The translations under genes and the position numbers were made by a program. Positions 57,522 through 64,000 of a stretch of DNA of 64,000 bases are shown one piece after another (within the stretch, counting starts at the first letter, position 1; each line of letters opens with the position of its first letter). The notes under the pieces are model-generated. The model made no database searches. It saw only the letters and a list, made by a program, of their open reading frames with translations, and had not been told where the DNA came from. This stretch comes from a virus (lineage: Duplodnaviria; Caudoviricetes). The stretch is from positions 1-64,000 of the IMG/VR virus record IMGVR_UViG_2711768098_000003; one strand, written 5' to 3'.

Positions 57522-58330
57522 GCTGCGATGGCCTCTCGTAAAGGTGCAGTGATGTTCGCGATAATCCGGGACCGGGCTTCAACATCCACACGCGCTTCAT
57601 GCAACCTGCGTGCCGCTACCGCCAACCGGTGCGCCGTCTCATTCAAGGCGTGCCCGGAATGCCCTGGCACCCATTCGATAGTCACATCGCGGTCGCGCAT
57701 CAACCGGTGAATGTCGGTGACTGTGGGCGCGGCTTTCGCGTGTCGGGTGATGGAGTTGCCGAAGCGGATTGCGGAGACGGCGGCTTTGGAGTCGGTGAGG
57801 ATGTGGAGGCGTCGGTGTTTGTGTTCTGCGAGGGCGAGTCGGATACCGAGGAGTTCGCCGACGAGGATGCTGCGGATGTCGGGGTGGTATCCGCGGTGGG
57901 CTTTGCCGGTTTCGGTGACGCATGCGTATCCGACGCCGCGGCGGTGGCCTTTGGAAGCATCGGTGGCGATCGTCAACACAGGCATATTGTTGAGGCGGTT
58001 CGCTTCGACACTGGGGAGTTCGGGAGCGGGTGCCCGTTGCAGGTCGTCCAGGACGGATGCGGCGTGGTCGAGGAGGGTGAGTAACTGTCCGCGCGGTGTG
58101 GTGACGAATGTGATGTTCGGGAATGATGCGGCGACAGCAAGGATTTCGCGGCGTGTGGTGCCATCGGATACGTATACGCAGGCGGGGGCTTGTGCGAGTT
58201 GTTCGACGAGGGTGGTGAGGGCGTCGAGGGTGGCGGCGTGTGGGTGTGGGTTTTCGTGGATGGTGGTGGTGTCGTGGGTGGTGAGTGCGGCGCGGGTGTC
58301 GCGGGTGTGAATCACCGCCAACACCGTCAC
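57518..58330 (-). CDS. RNase H (HI-type) domain protein
   Basis: TDAS, GEL, TDS, WVPGHSG..LNE.AH.LA. Confidence 0.8.
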   Translation of the reverse strand: MTVLAVIHTRDTRAALTTHDTTTIHENPHPHAATLDALTTLVEQLAQAPACVYVSDGTTRREILAVAASFPNITFVTTPRGQLLTLLDHAASVLDDLQRAPAPELPSVEANRLNNMPVLTIATDASKGHRRGVGYACVTETGKAHRGYHPDIRSILVGELLGIRLALAEHKHRRLHILTDSKAAVSAIRFGNSITRHAKAAPTVTDIHRLMRDRDVTIEWVPGHSGHALNETAHRLAVAARRLHEARVDVEARSRIIANITAPLREAIAA

Positions 58331-58505
58331 TCGTCGGCCCACACAATCTCGAAGAGTTTGATCTCGCCAGGCAGCCATGGACCGCGAACAACCTTCACGC
58401 TGGTGCGGCGATGCCACAACTGGGCTACCAGGCGCGCCTGCTCCATCGCGGTCGCAAGATCGCCGTACATGCTGGTCAGCTCGAACGGGGCGAAGTGATA
58501 GTCGA

Positions 58506-59117
58506 TCATGCGGCTTCCCTGTCAGCGCGACGATTCGCCCGCACACACGCCACACAAAACCCACCAGCCTCATGCAACGCAGTCGGACGCAAAGGATCCA
58601 CACCCTGCGAACGACGCCGCAACGGACGATCACACCCACGGCAATTCACCGGCAACAACGACCGAACCGCCGGCGTCAACACACCCGCCCGCTTCTGCCG
58701 CGAATAACATCCACGGCACAATGCGTGCACCATCGTCGCCCGGTGAGCCGTATTCTCCCCCAACACGATCTGCTCATCATCCGCAATGAAAATGCGGTCG
58801 CAGTCACTGCACGCGCCGCCTTCATCCGCATACGGTTCCGGTGTCACATCCGGGTGCACGATCTGATGCAGTTGAAAGTAGGTGGCGGCGTCGCCTCGGC
58901 AGACGACACCGGCCATGATGCAGCCGTCTGCGACTCGTTCCCGTTTCTGGCCTTCGCAGGTTCCGATGGCGAGGGCTTCGGTGGCGCATTCGAGGAAGCG
59001 GGTGCAGGCGTTTCGGCATTGTGCTTGTGCGAAACGGGTTTCCGTTTTGTGGTGCCAAAGCTCATCTTCTCCTGGCTGGAGGAATGAGTTGGGGTTGGTG
59101 CGGCAGGGAACGGTCAC
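58506..59117 (-). CDS. WhiB-family regulator with extra C-terminal Zn fingers
   Basis: PC...W......AQ..C...C.....C...AL...IMAGV; further CxxC pairs. Confidence 0.7.
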   Translation of the reverse strand: MTVPCRTNPNSFLQPGEDELWHHKTETRFAQAQCRNACTRFLECATEALAIGTCEGQKRERVADGCIMAGVVCRGDAATYFQLHQIVHPDVTPEPYADEGGACSDCDRIFIADDEQIVLGENTAHRATMVHALCRGCYSRQKRAGVLTPAVRSLLPVNCRGCDRPLRRRSQGVDPLRPTALHEAGGFCVACVRANRRADREAA

Positions 59118-59167
59118 AGGTGGGTGCGGCTTTCTGCGAGGCGGTGTTCTGCGGGGTGTGCATGTCG

Positions 59168-59197
59168 AGTATGCAGTTACGCAGGGTTGCGCGTCAA
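59168..59197 (-). promoter_or_regulatory. SigA-type promoter TTGACG-N18-CATACT
   Basis: Upstream of WhiB-like gene; overlaps GCGYAAC repeats and an operator-like site. Confidence 0.5.
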
Positions 59198-59466
59198 GCT
59201 GCGCAGAATATCCGTTCCGGGTTTCATTCAAACATGCGGTTGTGCAGGTGTTTCATGTTGCGGTGGTGTCTGATGCGGTATGGGGTGGTGTTGCGCAACC
59301 AACTTTGGTTGCGCGCCACTTGTGTCACACACGTCCCGCATTCACGGGTTCACGTGTTGTCCCGCAGCTCACTCGTCATCCTCGTCGTCGGTTTCCCCGC
59401 ACACGTGGCATGGGTAGCTGCAGATGCGGCCGTCGTCGAAGTCGTAGTAACCGTCTTCGTCGACGC

Positions 59467-60336
59467 TCATGCCGCGTCCTGTTCGTCGCCGTCGAGGGCG
59501 GGCTGCAGGGGCGGCAGGGATTCGAGTTCACGCACGACGGCGTCCAATGCGGTCTGTGCTTCTGCGACGAGTACTCGGTCTGCGCTTGCGCTGTCAGTGA
59601 AGGGGTACGGCGAGAGCGCGTCAACACGGGCCTTGAACACGTTCTTGAGTCGCTCGAGTGCCGTGTGTGCGAGTGCGGCAGGATCAGCCGCAGGCTCCAC
59701 TGCTGCAGCCGCGGCCTTCGCCTTACGCTTCGCAACGAACTCCTTGTATGCCTTCCGGCGATCCTCCGACGCGACATCCTTGTACGGCTGGAACGGATCG
59801 CCTGTGGCAGCTATGAACGCGGCCGCAGCATCCGAGATACCTGATTCGCCGATGATCTTCTTGATGGCGCCCGGCTCGAGGTCGAAGTCGATGCCGAACA
59901 GGGTTCCCATGTATTCGAGGGTTTCCTCAATCTGCTTTACGGCAGCTTCTTTGACGGCTTCACTGAGGTCGCCGACTGACTGGATGCCCTCGGAGACGGC
60001 TTCGTCCACGGTGGGCATGGGGTCGCCAGTCAGCCAACGCTTGGCCGTGAACGCCGTGTCCGCATCCTCCAACAGCTTCTTCGCGGCATCCGCGGCACGC
60101 TTCTTCGCGGCATGTTCTTCGAAGGAAACCTCACCGTCCGCAGCATGCTTGCCGGTCTCCACCTTCACCTCAGTAGGCGGCTTGAACCAGCGCTCCCCCG
60201 AAACATCGTTGCCGAAGCGGTCCCGCGTAACAAACCGGGCCATGTACGAGAGCGGCGTGGTAGCGAGAAGTTCGCGGACGGTCTTCGAGTCCTCGGTGGT
60301 GATGTCAGAGAATTCGAGGGTGAGGCTGTTGGTCAT
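59467..60336 (-). CDS. Hypothetical Ala/Glu-rich protein
   Basis: GAAAG upstream; long ORF. Confidence 0.6.
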   Translation of the reverse strand: MTNSLTLEFSDITTEDSKTVRELLATTPLSYMARFVTRDRFGNDVSGERWFKPPTEVKVETGKHAADGEVSFEEHAAKKRAADAAKKLLEDADTAFTAKRWLTGDPMPTVDEAVSEGIQSVGDLSEAVKEAAVKQIEETLEYMGTLFGIDFDLEPGAIKKIIGESGISDAAAAFIAATGDPFQPYKDVASEDRRKAYKEFVAKRKAKAAAAAVEPAADPAALAHTALERLKNVFKARVDALSPYPFTDSASADRVLVAEAQTALDAVVRELESLPPLQPALDGDEQDAA

Positions 60337-60425
60337 GTCTTCTTTCGGGGTTGCAGGTTTGGTTCGCCAACCGGGGCCGGCGGTGAGAATGGCGTAGGCG
60401 GTAGCCTCAAGACCGTAGGAATAGG

Positions 60426-60803
60426 TCACGCGGCGGCGGGCTTCGACAGCAGCGGTGCAAGCGCATCCACGACGGCACGGAACAGGGAATCCTTCACCTT
60501 CTGCCCGGCAGGGAGCTCGACGTACGGCACCATGCACGGATGCTGCTTCAGTGCTTCGTTTTTGATCGGCCCGTACGTCCAACCGTCCGCGAGCTTGAAC
60601 CGCAGCCAGTTTTCGTGGGATTGCGCGGGTGTCGGATTCTCGGTGAGGGCATGGACAACTCCGTCGACCGCTGAATCCTCCTGAGATTGAGGAGCTAGAG
60701 ACCACGGCGGCGAGATGCTCGGCTCCCGAAGAACAATCTGAAGTTGCCGATTTGCTTCATGCACCACGGATGCGATGTCGTAGACGTCGAGAGTGTCAGT
60801 CAC
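60426..60803 (-). CDS. RyR (ryanodine receptor repeat) domain protein
   Basis: HENW...K..DGW.YG..K....K.HPC.VPY.ELP..QK.KD. Confidence 0.85.
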   Translation of the reverse strand: MTDTLDVYDIASVVHEANRQLQIVLREPSISPPWSLAPQSQEDSAVDGVVHALTENPTPAQSHENWLRFKLADGWTYGPIKNEALKQHPCMVPYVELPAGQKVKDSLFRAVVDALAPLLSKPAAA

Positions 60804-61014
60804 AGTTGTTCTCCTGGGTTTCATGGATGCGGTGACGGCGGATGAAATCCTGTTTCGCGACCTCCAACATCGCGAGACCGTCGTAATACGGAATCAACTC
60901 ACTGTCAGTGCCGGCGACAACGAACTTGCAGGCGACGGATGGGCGGGCGTCGTCGTCGAGACCACCGGTGATGCGGATGCAATGTTCTTCGATGGCGAGG
61001 CTGGATCCGTTCAC
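60796..61014 (-). CDS. Hypothetical protein
   Basis: GTGA overlap. Confidence 0.45.
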   Translation of the reverse strand: MNGSSLAIEEHCIRITGGLDDDARPSVACKFVVAGTDSELIPYYDGLAMLEVAKQDFIRRHRIHETQENNCD

Positions 61015-61308
61015 GCTGCCACCGGCTTCTTGAACAGGTCGGGGAAGATGTTGATGAATCCGTCGATGATGTTGCCTTCGTATCGCGGTGCGGTGAGGTG
61101 TGCGCGGGCGGATGTTTCGAGTAGTCGCCGCTTCTCCGGTGAGCGCCGTAGTTCCCAGCCTGGCGCCCAATGCAGCTCGGAGATTGACAGGCCGCGTAGC
61201 GCGTTGCCGTCGACGATGACGAGGGTATTCACGGGCACACTCGGGGTCTCGGCAATGTACTTTTTGCCTTCGCCGATGGTTCGGGCGATGACAACCGGTC
61301 GTGCACTA

Positions 61309-61632
61309 TCACGCTGCATGGAGACTCCAATCGATGTCATCACGGGTCGGGAAGTACATTGCTGAGACTCGCTGCCCACCGGCGGCCGTACGCGTCACCG
61401 TGACCGCCTCAAGCCGCCCATAGAACTTCCCCGATAGCGGCTTGTCGTCGATCAATAGCCACGGATGGTTCTCAAGGCTGCGGATCTCGTCACCCGACAT
61501 GGCAGGTGACACGTCGATGGCGGCATGCAAACCGTCTGGGGTGCGCGTGATCGTCCAGTAGTGGCCGCGCACGGCGAACCTGGTTTCGGTGGTGAAGTCC
61601 TCGTTCCACAGGTCTATCCATGGAAGCTTCAT
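61309..61632 (-). CDS. Hypothetical protein
   Basis: ATGA overlap. Confidence 0.45.
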   Translation of the reverse strand: MKLPWIDLWNEDFTTETRFAVRGHYWTITRTPDGLHAAIDVSPAMSGDEIRSLENHPWLLIDDKPLSGKFYGRLEAVTVTRTAAGGQRVSAMYFPTRDDIDWSLHAA

Positions 61633-62087
61633 GCTGCGAGCTCCAATCGGGGTGTCTCGAGTAGTACTTCGATGAGATGGTCCGCAAGCGGCGCCGCGAT
61701 GTACGCGATGATTTCCTCGCGCGTCCGGTCATCCACCGACAGCCGTAGTGGCCGATACTTGCGCGACCCGAAATGCAGTTGCGCCACATACACGCCCACA
61801 TGCACTGCTTCATGGATGATCTGGTCGCGGTCAATGTTTTCGCGGTCAAACCACAACTCGCCGACATAACCGTCTACGAGTTCCTCGTGTTCGGCGTGGA
61901 AGAAGCATGCCCCTACGGTGGCGCCGGTACCTTCGGGTTCGACGTCGGCGCAGGCTTCGTCGTAGGCGGTGTTGAATTCGGCTTCGGTGTCGAAGATTTT
62001 GATGTTGACGTGGTTGTCTGCGACGGGCTTTTTGAGTCCGGGGACGTAGACGTCTTGTGTTTGGGCGCGGAGTTCGGTTACGGCCAC
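61629..62087 (-). CDS. Hypothetical protein with HExxH motif
   Basis: IIHEAVH...EE.IAY. Confidence 0.55.
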   Translation of the reverse strand: MAVTELRAQTQDVYVPGLKKPVADNHVNIKIFDTEAEFNTAYDEACADVEPEGTGATVGACFFHAEHEELVDGYVGELWFDRENIDRDQIIHEAVHVGVYVAQLHFGSRKYRPLRLSVDDRTREEIIAYIAAPLADHLIEVLLETPRLELAA

Positions 62088-62353
62088 TGGTCAACTCCTG
62101 TGCCTTGATTTTGGCCAGTCAAGGCTGCAGCCTCGTCGAGCTCCAACGCTTCGAGTGCTTTGCGGACGAGCACCCATGCACCGTCTGCCTCCCGGTGGTC
62201 TACGAGCACCTCCCGATAGGTCAGCGGTTCGGGGTAGTCGTAGACGCGGACCTGATACATGTTGATGTCACGCGGGTTTTCGATGCCGGTCATACGTCGG
62301 GCTTCGAAGTGGCCGATGGTGTCGCGGTTGACGGCGAGGGCGAATCCGAGCAT
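62078..62353 (-). CDS. Hypothetical protein
   Basis: H...DGA..LV..AL pattern; coupled to upstream stop. Confidence 0.5.
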   Translation of the reverse strand: MLGFALAVNRDTIGHFEARRMTGIENPRDINMYQVRVYDYPEPLTYREVLVDHREADGAWVLVRKALEALELDEAAALTGQNQGTGVDQWP

Positions 62354-62739
62354 CAGAATCCTCCGCCGCCGGAGTCGCAGGACGATGAGCTGGAGCCACT
62401 GTCATAGCTGCTGGAGTACGACGTGGAGGCGATGATCGACGGTGTCGGGTCATATGTGCTCGACGCGGACGGATTCGACGGCCGCGGAGTACGTGCCGGT
62501 GCCGTTCGCGGCTTCACCGATGGCTGACGGGCGCTCCGAAGCAAGGCTGCCTGCCGAACCAGGAACTGGCGCTCCTGCTCCGCCTGCAACAACGCAATGA
62601 CGTCGAGCGGTTCAGCGTCGAGGTCGGACTGCCGCACCTCCACATGCGGCACATGCACGGCAGCGATCGACGTGTCATCCGCTGTCACGTCGATGCGGCC
62701 GGTCTTCCTGCGGCGGAACAGATCAAAGAAACCCATCAC
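62353..62739 (-). CDS. Hypothetical protein with Ser/Asp/Gly-rich tail
   Basis: SSYDSGSSSSSCDSGGG. Confidence 0.5.
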   Translation of the reverse strand: MMGFFDLFRRRKTGRIDVTADDTSIAAVHVPHVEVRQSDLDAEPLDVIALLQAEQERQFLVRQAALLRSARQPSVKPRTAPARTPRPSNPSASSTYDPTPSIIASTSYSSSYDSGSSSSSCDSGGGGF

Positions 62740-63125
62740 TTACCTCCATTAAGGGTGAATTGGACTGCAGCGGCCCACGAAGCGAACTGCTTCGGAAGGC
62801 CTGGCATCGAGCCGTTCGGCTGGTCTACATACCAGCGACGGTCTCCGGCGTGGCTAGTTGACCAGATACGCCAGTCGGAACTCCTACGCCGGACGGATTC
62901 TCGGCGCCACTGTCGGATGCCTTTGATGATGGCGATCGTGTTGACTGCCCCGTAGGCGAGAGCCGACAGAATGAACCCGTACTGCATGGTGACCAGTGCG
63001 TAGGCGATCCACAGGAACTGCACCAACAGTCCGACGCCGTAGCCCGCCCACCGTGTGCCACCTTCGCGGGTCGTCAGATACAAGCCCGTGACACCGATCG
63101 CCGCAAGAACAAACGACCACCACAT
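62736..63125 (-). CDS. Three-TM membrane protein (PnuC-like fragment)
   Basis: WS.VLA.IG..G, Q.LWI.YA....QYGFI. Confidence 0.6.
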   Translation of the reverse strand: MWWSFVLAAIGVTGLYLTTREGGTRWAGYGVGLLVQFLWIAYALVTMQYGFILSALAYGAVNTIAIIKGIRQWRRESVRRRSSDWRIWSTSHAGDRRWYVDQPNGSMPGLPKQFASWAAAVQFTLNGGK

Positions 63126-64000
63126 CAGACGAGACTGATATCAGAAGGCAGGCCAGCCTGCGTCACATACACGAGCGCACCCTGACGCGACTCCGCACCC
63201 GTACGCTCCCGGTAATAGTTCGAACCGCCATCCAACGTCGACGACTGAATTCGCGTCCGAGACTTCGTCGTCTCCAACTCGAACGTGTGATAATGCCCGT
63301 GCACCAGAAGATGCGCGCCACCCGGATTCTGGCCGTGGAACGACTGATCCGCCCACCAATCCATAGCTTTGCCGCGCCTCCACTGATGGCCGTGCGCAAT
63401 CGTGAAGATCGTGTCGCCGGCGGGAACCGTCATGTAGCCCTGTTCGGGGTCGGGTACGCGCACCTGGACGTGCCCGTAGGCGGACGTGTTCCGCTCGAGG
63501 CCTTTCGCTACCGAGTTTGCGGCGTGTGTTGCCCAACCGTCACCAGGGCGTGTTGTCTGAAACCTCTGCGCTTCATCATGGTTGCCGTTGACAACATCCA
63601 GCAGCAGTTCATCCGTGTCGTCGACGAATGCGTCGATGGTGGCGTACAGCAGCCGTTCGAACACGGCGATCTGTTCGGTGAGTGTGAGGTCGGTGCGCCA
63701 CATGTTGCGACCAGACTGGGACTGGTTGCCTTCGATGCAGTCGCCGGGGAACATGAGATGCACTCCGCCGATACGCTGGCGTTTACGGAGATCGAGGTAT
63801 TCGCAGCGAGCTCGCTCGAGGCTGTCGAGGTAGCGGGTGATGATGCCGTCCGTACCGCCGTTATCCGATTTTCCGAGTTGGGTGTCGCTGGCCTGCATGT
63901 TGAAGAATGCGGGACCGCCCTGCACAGGCGTGTGCGGCTTATGGTTCTCGATCAGCTTGATGAGCGCGTCACCAGTCGTCCGACCCGACCGCTTACGGAT
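63125..64000 (-). CDS. Calcineurin-like metallophosphoesterase (5'-truncated by window)
   Basis: D.QLGK, GD.IEG, GNHDE, HGH, GHYH; frame open to window edge. Confidence 0.85.
   Translation of the reverse strand: MRKRSGRTTGDALIKLIENHKPHTPVQGGPAFFNMQASDTQLGKSDNGGTDGIITRYLDSLERARCEYLDLRKRQRIGGVHLMFPGDCIEGNQSQSGRNMWRTDLTLTEQIAVFERLLYATIDAFVDDTDELLLDVVNGNHDEAQRFQTTRPGDGWATHAANSVAKGLERNTSAYGHVQVRVPDPEQGYMTVPAGDTIFTIAHGHQWRRGKAMDWWADQSFHGQNPGGAHLLVHGHYHTFELETTKSRTRIQSSTLDGGSNYYRERTGAESRQGALVYVTQAGLPSDISLV

Larger units (their letters stand above)
1..64000. mobile_element. Actinobacteriophage (siphovirus) genome or prophage segment; ends not visible
   Basis: Complete ordered virion module (terminase to tape measure, minor tails, lysis) plus phage-type replication and accessory genes; no host housekeeping context. 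Confidence 0.95.

Noticed and set aside
1-64000. CRISPR array, rRNA, IS transposase, diversity-generating retroelement
   Set aside because: No regularly spaced repeats, rRNA-like sequence, transposase or reverse transcriptase motifs seen.

Overview
The whole window is one high-GC actinobacteriophage (siphovirus-type) genome segment or prophage. The host is probably a mycolic-acid actinomycete such as Rhodococcus or Gordonia, judged from the LysB-type esterase, LGFP-repeat endolysin, WhiB and actinobacterial LexA boxes. On the minus strand (right to left) lie early/middle genes: metallophosphoesterase, RyR-domain protein, WhiB, RNase H, an RlaP-Rnl1-Pnkp RNA-repair operon, RusA, MazG-like NTP pyrophosphatase, ThyX, a cyclic-phosphate receiver domain, DnaN, DUF3310, LysB and a ParB-like protein. 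These are followed by tRNA-Met, a cluster of basic proteins, an atypical tRNA-like gene, terminases, portal, intein-containing minor capsid protein, scaffold, capsid, neck and tail genes, lysis cassette and tail-tip genes. A few plus-strand genes converge on these from the left end. Standout observation: the 330-aa intein in the minor capsid gene (29770-30759) has no recognisable endonuclease in its own frame. Instead an HTH-HTH-DUF559/Vsr-like endonuclease ORF (29830-30735) is encoded on the opposite strand, entirely inside the intein. Other notable items are a tRNA mimic with a GNRA tetraloop in place of the anticodon loop, an Acb2/Tad1-like sponge gene inside the lysis cassette, and a Xer-like recombinase with SOS-box genes inserted in the tail operon. 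Three proteins share a NUMOD3-like N-terminal tag, and a palindromic operator recurs across the window. All family assignments come from motif recognition by eye, not database searches.
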